Origin: Camelus dromedarius
Lineage: Eukaryota
Length of the DNA: 64,000 nucleotides
Direction of reading: 5' to 3'
Assembly: GCF_036321535.1 (NCBI RefSeq)
Contig: NC_087437.1
Coordinates: forward strand, 101,062,001-101,126,000
How positions within the stretch are numbered: the stretch's first letter is position 1; each line of letters begins with the position of its first letter. Under the pieces are notes generated by a model. The model was not told the DNA's origin and ran no database searches. It saw nothing but the letters and a program-made list of their open reading frames with translations. Position numbers and translations under genes: made by a program. This document shows, one piece after another, positions 37,253 to 51,124 of the stretch.

Positions 37253-40200
37253 GTCAGTAAGGTAGGATGATGTCAGAATAGAAGATGGAAAAGAAATTAC
37301 TGAAATGTTTACATAAAAAAACAGTTGTATGCCAAGGCCCTGCCACCTCTTCCTCACAGCTGAATCGTGACATTTACTCCTAACCTGAAGATTTTTGCTA
37401 TTGTTAGCTAAATAATTAATTAATTAGTTAGTTTAAAAAAATGGATCTGCTAGTTTCTGGGGAAGGGAGCAGAGGAATACAAGATGAGTCTTGCTGCTGT
37501 GGGACTGGACACAAGCGAACCGATTTCAAGTTTGCACACTGAACTTTGGAAGATTTGCCACCTTCAGCTGAAAAAAAAACCCAAAAGGATGGTATATATT
37601 GTCTTGGTCACAGCCCTTGAGACGTGTCTGAGATGAGAGAAACAACAATAAGCACTGAGGGAAAATAAAAAGATAACAGAAAAAAAAGGAAAGATAATTA
37701 TGATGCAGTATACTACTTGTTTATAAATGATATTCACATAATTATTATGTTATAAATATTAATTTAATCATTGATTATGATATAGCTATAAAAGGACAGT
37801 GGAGGATGGGGTGAAAAAATGGACTGAAGTTTAAGTTTTAGCTCTCTGTACATCTTTCCATTAACACAAATTCTTTCTCTTCACAATACTCCCAATATAA
37901 ACATAGTATAGTTTGGCCAATGCTTATTCTTTATACTATTATGACTACCTAACTATTTTTATTACCAAGTGACTCGAGTAATTCCATCCTTACGCACTGC
38001 TTTCAATTTCGCAGAGTTAACATTCTCATTTATTTTTTGGTTAAATTTTGATTTTCTTGTCACTAAATCACCTTAGGTCACCATCTTGGTGACATCACTC
38101 TCCTCAAGATTAGCTTTTGTATTTCTCCTGAATATTAAAACATGACTTGTTTTAAAAAATTGAACCGTTGATTTTATGTTTGAAAGCTCAGTTAGTATGC
38201 GATGCCTCAGGGATCACTAGGCAGACACAATGACACCTGAAGACATTTAAATACACTGGAGGACACGGGTCACCTCACCTGCTCATGAGGTGGCAAGTTT
38301 CCAAAGGCTTTTTAATCAGCAAAGTAACCAAACAACCAGATAAGGACCCAACCAGACAGTTAACAAATATATACATGTTTTCACAACGTTTTTTGAAAAC
38401 AAATTTACTCTTATCCTAGGAAAATGTGCTCTCAGCTTGGCAGAGAGATGGTCTTTCAGTGCAATGTGTCATGTGCCTTGATCAGTGTTGCCTAGATATT
38501 AGCCAGGTTTGCACCTCCTCTTCCTACGTTTCCTACTGTTCTATTCTTCCTATTTTTTCCCCACTTCCTGCTCCTTCTAAACATTCCATTACTCTCCATC
38601 TCTAATATCTGGCAGGCATAGCAGAAACAGTAGGATTTTTATTTTCTCAGTGAGGAGAGAAACCAACCTAACTGAAAACCTGATCAGATAGCAGGCCGAA
38701 ATAATGTTAAGTCAAGTCTCCGGCATTTCAGAGAGCCTAAAAGGTACACTGGCCTTTTTGCTGGCAGGATGGTGCAATTTCGGGAAAAAAAAAAAGAAAA
38801 AAAAAAAAAAAAAAGAATGTGCATTCCTTCACCCAATGGGAATATAACACATGTATAAGATGGTGATTATTTTAACATGCATGGCAAACTGATATCATGA
38901 CTTCCCATAAATGCACTGCATCTAATTTTCCTTCAGTGAAATCTAGGTCAGACTATTTCTGCTGAATGGTAAATAAATATATGTTTATATTTGAAAGAGT
39001 ATGGAGAAGGGATTTTCCAGGAATTTTGTGGTATGGTTAATTTTTTAACAATTTAATTTATGGCAATTTTTAAAATTATGACCAGGTTCTGGAAAAATGT
39101 AGCTTCAGACTATAAAGGAATCTTCTCTTTAAATTTTTGAGAAGCATCTCATACCAGTTTGAAATTTAAAATGAAGTATTGAAGATATTTTAGAGGCTCA
39201 CAGACCCTATCCTTATGCCTAATCTTATTTTATACTCTCCTGACTGAAGTTAAGTAGGGAAAAAACAAACGGTATTTTTAACTCAACTCAGTTTGTTCAA
39301 AGGTTCGTTTTTTGAAAACCTGTGGGTTTTCAAAATGAATGTGATTTTATATGTAGCATCTGAAATCATTAAACAGCATATTATATTTTAGAATTATGTA
39401 ATAGTATTTATTCTTGTGTTTGTGGATATATTTAAAATCATCTTGTTTGAAAATAGTATCTCAACACATAAATGCACTTTTGACTATCATGTTTGGTTTC
39501 CAGTTTGAAGGGATTATTGCATTAAAATTACTAAAAAAAATTCTAAATGATCAGATTTTGGAAAAGAAAACTTTAATTATTCAGCTGAAGGAAATATCCT
39601 TAGAAAAAGCAATAAAAATAAAGATATTTTAAAACAATTCTTAAAAATTCTAAAACAGATTTATGCCTTACTATTTAGTTTCAAAGTTTCTAATGATCTA
39701 AAAATACATATGAATTAAAAATCTGACTTTTTTTTTTTAAGGAATATCTGTTTTTACCACTCAGTGTCACCAGAGAATGTTAATAAGCAATTTCAAAACT
39801 TGGAGTAATACATGTAGCACAACTAACTCTTTTGTTTGTTTGTTGATTTGGTAGCTATAGTTTCGAGGTACAGATGGTGAAATAGACAATATCAGTGGTT
39901 TACGGCTCGCACTGTCTCTAGAGTTTTAGATTCCAATTGCACCTATAAAAGGGGTAATTAGTCCTTTCTATTTCATTGCTGTTAAGGGAAAGAAAGCTGT
40001 TTCAGTTAACTGCCAACTAGATTTTACTCTAGATTAAAATTCTGATACCAGTAACTTATTCTTACTTTCAAATTCCAAGTTGAAAATTCTAAAAAAGTGA
40101 GAAATGTCACCTTCTTAAATATTATGGTCTGTTAATTATATCACTGCAGTGAAGTTTATTGGTGTAATTAGTTGACAGATAGGAATATCATTCTTAATAA

Positions 40201-41501
40201 AATTGTATGTAGTGGAGACAAGGTTAATACTAATTTAATCTGCATTAATGATATGATTGAATGCATTCAGAGATGAGACAGCTGTGATCTTAGCAAAATG
40301 GCATATTCTGATTTGTTTGAAAGTTTGAAAATAAGAACAGGCACAAAATATGTATTTCTTCACAAATCCAGAACTTTTGGCAAGTTGCAAATGTGTAATA
40401 ATATTTGTTTTTCATTTAGCTGTGCATTATTTTGACAGCAACTTCGTGATCATATCAAATACAATGAGCTGATTCTACAAAATAATTTCATTCCTCCGTA
40501 ACTACACATGTATAGTTATAAAAGTTATATTCTGATATAAAAAGAATAAAAAACATTCAATCTTGGTCAGATGCACAAGATAGGTATTCTTGCTTTCAAA
40601 ATAACTTTCAAACATGTGAAGAAAATGAATGTCAAATATTAGCTTAATGTTTAAAATTTCATCCTTAATGCCTGATAGGCAGTGTGGTTAACTCACAGAG
40701 ACTTTGAAATATTTCTACATAACTTTTCCCACTTCAGAGATGTGGAATGGAGATTCTTAAGGAAGATAAATAATTTGAAGTGATGGACAGAGCACATAAG
40801 CTAACAATGGCATTAATATTTGTTTGTAGATTAGTTATATTAATAGTTATAATTAGGATAATTTGAGCTTTTGCATTAATATAATGGGAGTTTACTAGTA
40901 ATGTTTTAGTCCGTGTTTTAATTCTGTCAACTGTGAAATGGGGGAAAATGTCAATGCTAAGAACAAAGCAGAATTTGCATAGGAATGGAAACAGCTACAT
41001 CATGACAAACAGATCCTGAATTAGCTCATAAGCTGAATAATGGCATGAATTTTTGTACTTAGAAATTTATTTTTTAAATCCATATATACCATGAAAGATT
41101 GATGAAGACAGCTGCATTTTTTAATTCAAATAAGATCAGCTGTTTGGCAGAGGAAGCAGAGCAAAGAAAAAATTGCTGCAACGATTTAAGTGAAGTGAGA
41201 AAATCAAAGACAAAGTGGAGCACAATGAAATCATCATGCAAAATACACATTAAATGTAACTTCATTCATTTTAGAAAAAAAGTTTGTTCTAATTTGCTTT
41301 TCAGTGCTCCTAGTAGAGTTTGTACCAAAAAATACCCCAAAAATGTTTCCCTAAATAAACATCCGTCAATGGGGACATAAGAAAATTAAAGGTTAAAAAA
41401 ATTCAATAACTATTTAAGGAAATATAGTTCTTTAATTGCCTTGGTCAGCATTATGCTATCATCACAGTATATTTTAGGCTTTAGGCTTTTATTTCACTTT
41501 T

Positions 41502-42489
41502 TACCTTTTATTTATTTGTTTATTTATTTATTAATTAATTGAAGTATACAGTCAGTTACAATGTGTCAATTTCTGGTGTAGAGCACTATGTTCCAGTCAT
41601 GCATATACATACACATATTCATTTTCATAGTTTTTCATTAAATATTATTACAAGATATTGAATATAGATCCCTTTGTTATACAGAATAAACTTGTTTTTT
41701 TTAAATCTATTTTTATGTATAGTGGCTAACATTTGTAAATCTCAAACTCTCAAATTTATCCCTTCCCACCCCCTTTCCCTGATAATCATATGATTGTTTA
41801 CTACGTCTGCAAGTCTGTTTCTGTTTTGTAGATGAGTTCATTAGTGTCCTTTTTTTATTTTTTTCTTTTAGATTCCACATACGAATGGTATCATATAATA
41901 TTTTTCTCTTTCTGGCTTAGTTTACCTAGAATGACATTGCTAGTTCCATTCATGTTCCTGCAAATGGCATTATTTTATTCTTTTTTATGGCTGAGTGTAT
42001 ATACATTGTATGAATTTATACATTGTATAAATATAGCACAATTTCCTTATCCAATCATCTGTCAATGGATATTTAGGTTGCTTCCATGTCTTGGTATTAT
42101 AAATAGTGCTGCTTTGAAAATTGGGGTGCATGTATCTTTTTGAATTAGAGTTTCCTCTGGATATATGCCCAGGAGTGGGATTGCTGGATTGTATGGTAAG
42201 TTTATTTTCAGTTTTTTGAGCAATTTCCATACTGTTTTCCTAAATGACTGCACCAAACTGCATTCCCACCAGCACTGTAGGAGAGTTCCCTTTCCTCCAC
42301 ACCCTCTCCAGCATTTACCATTTGTGGACTTTTGAATGATAGCCATTCTGACTGGTGTGAGATATCTCATTATAGTTTTGATATGCATTTCTCTGGTAAT
42401 TAGCAATATTAAGCATTTTTTCTCATGTGCTTACTGGCCATTTGTATGTCTTGATTGGCCAATCAAGATACAAATGGCCAATAGGCGAA
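41502..42489 (-). mobile_element. 5'-truncated young L1 (camelid/cetartiodactyl type) with 13-bp TSD
   Basis: Minus ORF 42062-42406 is the L1 ORF2 C-terminus ([45 protein letters not shown]). TSD ttatttcactttt at 41489-41501 and 42490-42502. (TTTA)n tail. Confidence 0.95.
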
Positions 42490-43284
42490 TTATTTCACTT
42501 TTAGTGACAAAATTTCCACCTGATATACTAATGCTTACCTGGTTTGCCTGTGTCTCATTCCCTGTTGTGAGTGCTTTACCTGACCCAGAACCAAACAGCT
42601 CAAATGATCAGATATCCACACTAATTACTGACAGATGCCCTCTACTTAGAGGCTACCTGGATTTTACCTACTGTCTACTGACAGATGTCTCCCCAACTAC
42701 CTCTACTCATCCACCAACGTTCCAGTTGGATCCCCTCATTGAATCTGCTTGGCGTGGACTATGTTGTCTAAAAGTTCAAATGTTGCTAAGAGCTGCCTGC
42801 CAAATTGTTTTTCAGCTAATTCTATTAGGTTTATGGATTGCCTTTCTTACCACGTATGAAGGTTGTCACTTTAATCTCAGAAGCTTGCCCCACTTGGTTG
42901 CTTAAAAAAATCCAATTCTATCAATAGTATTCATTTGTTCAAAAATACTTGGTCTCCATTTTAGGGAGTTATAGAAGCTAGCCATAAGAAAAACAGACAT
43001 AGTACTTACTTGCCTGGACCTTAGCGTTTAGTGGACTGTATATATTATACACACATAAGTAGATAAATACACATTTAAGATTTTAATGTGATTTAAAAAA
43101 ATCAGGATTTTGTGATAGAGACTAAGGAAAAGAGTCTCATTAGAGAGGACTGTCCTTGAAACCTAGCGAGAGTTATTGAAGAGTTAGCTATACTTATTGC
43201 TGTTACTATGTTAATTACTAATGGATTCATCAAGGACATTTTATTAAAGATAAAACTCTAATAATTGACTAAATTGACTAAATA

Positions 43285-43515
43285 AATGCTTAAAATATCC
43301 TATACAGTCTTTTAAAATGCTTTACATGTATTAGCTTATTTATTCTTTTTGACGGATCTTTGAGGTGGGTGATATTATTAGCCACATTTTATAAGTGAAG
43401 AAAATGCAATACAGAGATGGAGGGAGCTGCCCAAGGCCATGCTGGTAATGAAAGGCTGAATTCGTATTAAACAGTAGACAGTCTGGCTCCACAACCACAA
43501 AGTTATACCACCTGT
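43285..43515 (-). mobile_element. MIR
   Basis: tgctttacatgtattagcttattt..tgaggtgggtgatattattagccacattttataagtgaagaaa..ctgcccaaggcca..cagtctggctcca. Confidence 0.8.
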
Positions 43516-43668
43516 CAAGGTGCTGAGACCAAAATCTCACCTGAGCTGAGAACTGAAAAAATAAAAGTCAAGCCAGTATACTGCCAGTATAAGGAGACAA
43601 GCACATGCGACGATTATCATTTGGATCGGAGCTGTGGTGGGGTGACTATGGATGCGGGCAGAGCAGCT

Positions 43669-43917
43669 CAAATAGATAAACAAGTTTATACTGTATAGCA
43701 CAGAATATATTCAAGATCTTGTAGTGGCTCATGGTAAAAAGCATGACAACAAACGTATGTATATTCATGTATGACTGAAAAATTATGCTGTACACCACAA
43801 CGTTGTAAACTGACAATAGCTCAATAAAAAGAGATAATGACATTTTGAAATTACAAGATAATGTGTATAATTTTATATTGTAAATAAAAATGTATTGAAA
43901 CAGAAAAAAAAAAAAAA
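43669..43917 (+). mobile_element. Short young L1 3' end plus candidate 3'-transduced segment and poly(A)
   Basis: aaatagataaacaagtttatactgtatagcacag...caataaaaa (same family as 26075 and 59020). Followed by 73 bp of non-L1 sequence containing a second AATAAA (43883-43888), then A14 (43904-43917). Confidence 0.8.
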
Positions 43918-46900
43918 GATGAGGGTTGTAAGACATGTCGGTGTTATAGGGCTCTAAAGAAAAAGGGGAGTCATTAAAACACTCCTAGCAGGACATTGAC
44001 CTGAGCCAACTCGTGCCTTTCCTGTCTTTTTCATTTTGTTTTGCTTTGTTTTGTTTAGTCACTCTGCAGGTTATACAGAACATTAATTGGAATGGAGCAA
44101 CAAGAAAGAAAGAGAGGATACCAGTTCAGGGACCATTGCTTGTAGTTCAAGAGAAAGATAGTGACGATCTGTACTAAGAGGGTATCAGCAGAACTACAGA
44201 AAGCTGAATGGATCAGAGATACATTTGAAAGAGACAATATATAAACAGGAGACGTGGAAGACTAAAGAATGAAGGCAGAATTTTAGGCACTGAGCTTAAG
44301 GACTTAAATAACTCAAATTCTAATATATTTGAGGGGGCAAATGGTTTACTTATGAGTAGGTTTGTTCTCTCTAAGGAAAGGTTAAGTTTGAGGTTACTTT
44401 AAGAAAATTGTTACTTTCTAGAAAACAAAAATAACAATAGATAGTTGCCACATAGATCTTCTGTGAATGTGGCAATGGAATGAGTTATTTCCAAAGAGTC
44501 AAAATATTAGAAAAAGTCAGATTGCTGAGAACAATATACATATACACGTCTGGTTACCATGGTATTAGACTGCTATTAACAAAGAGTGCATTCTAAAGAA
44601 AACTCACTCACTTATTTGAAATATGCTATTTTAAAGGACCTCGTGCCTGTATTTTCAAGATAATGCTTTCTTTCTTTAAGCAATGTTCAACATTCTCATG
44701 AGAAATTTAGATTATATTATCTTCAGCATTGGATATTAAAGGCAGATCTATGCACTTTGATCCACAATCTAGAAGAAGGTAGGACTGGAACTCCTCATAA
44801 AATCTAAAAATCTCAAACCAGAAAAGGGTTGGAAATCACTCTTAAGCTAGACTGGCAATTATTTTATGTTCTGCATGTAAATAGCACTGAAAAATCAATT
44901 TCCTAAAGGGAAGGTGATAAAGTATGTCAACAGAACTTCAGTGGCATTCAACATTTTCTCAACTTGTCACTCAATCACAAATAGGCCAACCCTCTGGCTA
45001 GAAAATTAGTACCAAATGTATAAGGGTAAAATTGGATATTGTGGTAGGTATCTTTGTTTTATTTAAAATTCCAGTAGTAACGGATTCAGTTTAGCTTTTT
45101 AGTGCACTTGGGCAAAAAAATTGTTCCCTAAGGTTTACCCACATGTACATAAAGTCCTTTCGCTCATTAATATCAACAAGTATATATATATATATCAATT
45201 GAAAAATTAAATTTTATTCCAGCTTTGTGGTAAGCATTATAAAACAAGGAGTAATTGCTAATTAATGAGCAATTCCCTTTCTTCGAAGCCCGTCAGAAAA
45301 CAGAAGCCTGATACTGCATTTGACAGTCTCACCAAATCCCCTATTTCCTCTGCCCTTAGAAGAAGAACCTCAGAGCAGGTGCTGCATTATGATCGTCAAA
45401 AAGCCATTTTGTTTAACATGAATAATGTTATTCGGAGGATTAGCCATCTGTTTGCTGAGTGTTTGTCACATCTACACCCACAGCCGCGTGAAAGCTATGT
45501 GGTTGCCAAAATCATGGCTCTCCCAAAAGGCTTTTGTCTCTTGTAAAAATGAATGAAATTATTTTAAAAACTAAGTTATATTAGAAATACAGACACTTAA
45601 ATACTGTTTTTTGTTGCTTTATGAATCTCAGATATGCAAATCAATTGAGTTTGGGTTTCTGCATATGATTTGTGAGCTTAAAAAAGAGATACTACACAAA
45701 TTGTAGTTCAAAATGTCACAATTACTAAAATCAATTGAGTCTGTTGTGTGAATATTTCTTAGTTGTTAGATTCCACTCTAAAGTATAATTTTTTCCCAGA
45801 ATGTTTATATTTTTACTTTGTATAGTTTATCAGGATATTAAGTTAAGAATTTCCTTTCCAAAAACCAGCAAGAATTAATCATTGGATATTTTTCCAAAAA
45901 ATAATGTATAAGGGAATTTTAACAAAGAGTTGAGTAAAATCAGTATTTTTAGTGTTTCTTTCTAGTTTGCTATTCAAATAATAACCTCTAGTTATTAAGA
46001 GTTTCTACAATTCTAGAACACTGCGATGGCCCTTCCAAGATTAAGGCTTTCAACTTCTGAGAAATAATAAACACAGAATAATATTTGGAAAAAGAAATAT
46101 TTGTGAAACCTTAGTAAGGTCATGTCATTAAAATTTATAAATACACATTAAAAAATGGAGCACAACTCTTTAGGTTACTCACTTTAGCCATAACTGTTAT
46201 ATATTCTTGAAAAAAAAACTCCTCTTCCTAGCATAGGATTGCCATTGTGTTTAGGAAATGAGTGGTAACAACGCTCAGTCTGTTCTGAAGGAATTCAAAC
46301 TTATATTAAGCAACGTTTGGCAATATAATTTTGAATATGTTTGAAAGTGTACATAATGTTTTGAGGAATTTGATGGAATTTAATTCCATCAGATGCGTGC
46401 ATTTTCTTTCTAATATGTGAAATAATATAACACAGTTTCAAAGAAACGCACTTGTATTTTTATTTATTTATATAAATTGTTGCTATTTACTGATATAAAG
46501 CATCTAATCAAATTCAGTAATGGTTGAACTGATAAGCTTACAACTCTACAGATTTCATGATAGTCAGATTTACTAGAGCATAATTCCAATACATAAAAAC
46601 AAAACTATTTAAAATCACATTATATTTATGGAACTGGATTGAGTACAAGAATAACTGGAGGAAGTTCAAGTACTTCCTGAGGACATTTGGAACACTGTCA
46701 TTATGGTCATCACTGATTATGAGTTAGTATCGGTGGGTGTTTGCTACGCTCTAGGGATGGAGAATGTAGAAATGCATCAAGGAAGATGAACAACAACAAC
46801 AAAAGACATAGTCCTGATTTTGAGGCTCTTAAACCATTGCAGGCAAGGGAGAGAAATCCATTTCATAGATGCATCAGAGTACGCTCCCGTGTAGTCTGAT

Positions 46901-47439
46901 TGTGAGTTTGTACATGGATCCAATCTACTATCCCTTGTCTGGGGAGCCTAAGTGGACTTGGTTGGTGGGAATAAAGGCTTATAAATGAAGATGGAAAATC
47001 AGCACCTCCTACATGATGATGGGCACGTCGGGTCCGAGCTCTAGGAAGGAGTGTTGGCAGGTTTCATTCTATGCTGGGCGCTGAGTGAAAGCCTGAAACA
47101 TGGCAGAAGAGCAGAAGCAGCAGATCTGAACCAGAGTTTGAGGCCATAGGAAACATAATGAAGAATTGTATATATTTACTGACATGGAAGAAGAAAATCA
47201 AACACAAATTTCTCTCCTTCTTCTAGATGGTGAGAGCCCAGGAGTTCATCATTTCCAGTTACACAAGCCTAAGATGAAGATCTTGCCGAATATAATGACC
47301 TCTTCACAGGAGTTTAATGGGTATAAAGAAAGCCATTGATTTTATTTTTTAGATAGACTATTTTTTAGAGTGGTTTGCCATTGATTTTGAAAATTATAGA
47401 ATATATGTAAAAATTAATGATTATGGAATGAAAATTAGA

Positions 47440-47720
47440 CAAATCTCAGCTCAAGTGCCACTTTTTGAGTAACAGCTTCCCTCATTTCCCCATATAAAGT
47501 CATCCTTTCAATGTATGTGTGTAGATCTTCATTACAGTCTTAGCCACACTAATTCATATTCATTTATTTTTTTTACATTTTTAATTTCTCTTGCTTACTG
47601 GATCATCCACTATCTGAAATCAGAAACACATTTAATCTTCTTCATAACCCCAGGGTCTAGCATAAAATCTGGTACATAATAAGCACAATAATATTTATTG
47701 AATGGAAGAAGAATAAATAA
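47440..47720 (+). mobile_element. L2 3' end
   Basis: tctcagctcaagtgccac.., cccagggtctagcataaaatctggtacataataagcac..aatatttattgaatggaa. Confidence 0.75.
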
Positions 47721-48404
47721 AACTATTTTAAAATGCATATATTGATTCTGTGACTATTGACTTAATTGATATAAAAGTCACTTAAAAGTTATACATTTCC
47801 CTTACTTTGGGTGAAACAACATCATTCCAAATGAAAATAGTGTTGAATCAATCTTCAGAATATAGTCCAGAACTAAATAAATAAAAGTGGCAATTTCCTT
47901 CTTAAAAATTGTGCCTGAAACTGTCAAAAGAGCTATAGTGACGTCAAGAGAGTGAGAAGTCCATGAACTTCACAAGACAAGTGAGACTTCTAGATAATTT
48001 TAGAAACTCAATAAATAAAATGATCCATTAGGGGATTTCTACATTTGAACTAGTGGCACAAGGTTTAAGTTAGAAAAACTGTATTTCCCTAATTAATTAT
48101 TTTTACACTCTTTTTTCTCTTACATTTTCGTTTTTATCTTTGCTAAGTAGTAGCAAATATTCTTTTCATTTTTAGCCAGAATAATTTCAACCTGTATAAA
48201 CTCTGCCTTACTGGATTTCTCATTCTAAAGATGGACAACTGGGTTATATTACAGGGTCAGGAAGAAAGGCTTCCACAATACAAAAATTATAGAAAAAGAA
48301 AATGTAGATGTCAAGTTGGAATTATTGTTTGTAAGGAGAAATTATAGGGATTATCTCTTTTATAGAAGTTTTAATATGCGTTCAAGCTTACACAGTGTTA
48401 ACTT

Positions 48405-48540
48405 TGAATCTCAGCACTGTTCTAAGTGCTTTATAGATATTAAGTCACCCAGTTTTCACACCGACCCATAGGGTCAAGTTTACAATTTTTTTTCTTCATT
48501 TTATGAATAAGGAAACAGAGGAAAGTTTATACAGCCCATA
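48405..48540 (-). mobile_element. MIR fragment
   Basis: gcactgttctaagtgctttata..cattttatgaataaggaaacagagg. Confidence 0.7.
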
Positions 48541-51124
48541 TTTCTATAATGCTTCCATAATGCTTCTCAATGGCAAGAGAAGGTGTCGAGTTTCACTTGT
48601 AGGAATCAAAGAAGCCAGTATATTTAGGAGAAAATGTGCAGGTTAGCCAGGCCTTGTAGGGAGAAAAATAAGGAAAAAAGCTGTCAGAGATGTGCAACTG
48701 TTTGAAGTCTTGTAAGCAGTGGGAGCTCTGAGTAAGAAAAGGCAGATGCTGGCACACTTAGTGCTCTGTGCATCATCATCTCAGCTCTGAGGTGGACCCT
48801 GAGAGGTGGATCTAAGTGTGGACCGTTAAGAAGGAATACAGTTCCACAGTCCCAGCCCTTGGAGTCGGGAACCTGGAAGGAAGGCCCATGTAAGGAAACT
48901 CATTTACCTCCTCTGTTCCGATCATCTCTCTGGGAGGTCGCCCTTAGAGGGAGCCTATAGCAGGGAATCCACAATGCAATCAGTGAATACTGCTAGTTTT
49001 ATTTATTAGAGACAATTCCCAGAGTGGAATTGTGGGATAAGATGGTCATATACATTGAAAGTATGTATTGTGGGTTGTTTCTGTGGTACTCCTCACTCTT
49101 AAATAATGAATAATAAGAAGTAGAAAGTCCAGAGTGAGTTTGGCAAGTGATGGAGAACTTGTAGAAGTGTGGGAGATACATGCTCTCACTTTAATTGGGA
49201 AATTCTTTCCTTCACTAGGGACAATTATAAAGGGAAGTTTGGCCAGATAATGTTACACTTTTAGCGGTTGGAGTCTAAGATTTTGATAGTAAGAAGAAAG
49301 AAATTCTGTAATTATACAATGCTCGACATGCCATACATTCAATCAATATTTAGAAAGTTACTTCTCTTTGTGGGTAAAAGCAGCGTGAAGCACGATCTGG
49401 AAGTTTCATGCTAATAGAAGAATTGACTGGTAATGATAATTAGTCATGTGTGACAATTTGCATATAAAGAACAAGCAAGTATTTCTTTGATTATGACGTG
49501 CATAATAAAAAATTAGCAAATCAGTACTCCATTTTTAGAAAATCAAATATTATTGATAGGTATCTTAAAATATAAGATTTATACATAAACAATTTTTAAA
49601 GTATGAGTGACCACTCTGCCCTTTTTATTTGTTTTAAAGTTTTAAATATAATGCAATTAACTAGTTCATGTTCCTCTACCTTAACTGAATGAAAATAACT
49701 AGTACTTAGTTCTCCATTTTAAAAGAATCCACTTGAAGAAGTAAAGCAGTGTTGCTGTGTGAAATATATAGACTATTACAATTTGTTGTTTATGAAATGA
49801 ATCATAGTCTTCAAACAGGATGACTCTCCCTGAGGAAGTCGAGGGCTGAGAGTGCCAATGCCAAGTGTGCAGGTGTTTTATAACAGAAAACTCTGCCAGG
49901 CTGGAGATTTGAAAGAAGTATCCTGCCCCTCCCCCGACCCTAGTGCAAAATTTAAAAGAGGCAGAAAGAGGGGGCTTGCATCCGTGATGCTGCAGATGGG
50001 AGAAGACTTGTCACGACAGACGGGGAATGAGGTTCAGAGGTTGCTGGCACTAAATCAAAGGGCAACTGTGGGCTGAGTTTTTTATGGTCTCACAGTCAAT
50101 ATTTAAAAGTTTTGCTTACTTCTGTTTTTGTTTCACAATTGCATTTATATTTGGGAGTGCTTGGAATATTTGAAGTCATTCCTTTAATTGCATCATTCAG
50201 TATAGTGTTCAAATTGATAATTAAAATGAATTGTGAAATGACAAACTTTGAATGAACAAAATATGTAAAGCTAGACAGAAAATGAAATCATGTGAATCCC
50301 TAGTTGAAAATATATAATTTCAAGTAACCAAGAGAGATTAGTATTGCATCATGCAACTATCAGAGTTTGTTTGCTGCTGAGAGTTATTTGGTATAGTTTC
50401 TTAAAGGTTCAGAGCTATCAATAATTAGGGTTTAGTCTATATCTGCTGAAAAATTACTTTAAAATATAAAATTTGTTTTCATTAGGTATTATCCCCTTTT
50501 GTTTTCAGCAGTGCTAGTCAAGCCAAGAATCCTGCATCAGAATACTTTCATAAAAGAAAGAGAAGAGAGAAGGTTTAAAGGAATTAAAAAACCAAGACGA
50601 AGTTTTATAAAAAATGTAGATGTTCATTATCTCCCTTTTATAATCCCACTAAAGCAACATTTAAGATAGAGTATATAGACAATAATAAAGATGTTGAAAC
50701 AGTAATTTAAATTTTTAGACTTTCTGTAGATGCATAATGGATGGTGAAGTGAGAACCAATTCAGTGGATCTGGGAAACTGATAGTACCTGAGGCGGGCTT
50801 CTGATGAAACGACAACAGTAACAAAAACAAAGTGCGACAGGAGCTTAGGAGCCAGAAAGAGCGTGGTGAAGAATTTATTAGGTGACAGAGATGCATAATA
50901 CACTGTGAGTCACTGGACCAAAAAAAAAAAAAGTGACAACTTAAAAGGGAATAATGTTCTGGGCAAACTTCACATTAAGAAATTGCAAAAAGAAATATTA
51001 CTCTAGTGTTTTGTTTTGACTGGATACCTCTGACAAGAGAGTGCATTAGAGATGAGCTCACTAAAAAAATGTCCAGCTTACAACCACAAGTAACAGGGAA
51101 ATATTAAGAACTCTCAAGAGTCTG

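Larger units (their letters stand above)
42925..44400 (-). mobile_element. Fragmented L2, interrupted by MIR and L1
   Basis: tattcatttgttcaa.., aaaacagacatagt..cttgcc, and tcactctgcag..ccagttcagggacc..gatcagagatacattt are antisense L2 blocks. Confidence 0.5.

Noticed and set aside
42336..42905. Longest ORF (189 aa) as a gene
   Set aside because: It starts in antisense L1, crosses the palindrome and TSD into flanking DNA, and shows no recognisable domain. Chance ORF.
30660..50915. Isolated AP-1 heptamers (~30667, ~31452, ~32430, ~32974, ~50906)
   Set aside because: Several 7-mers are expected by chance in 64 kb, and these are not clustered like the 20490 array.
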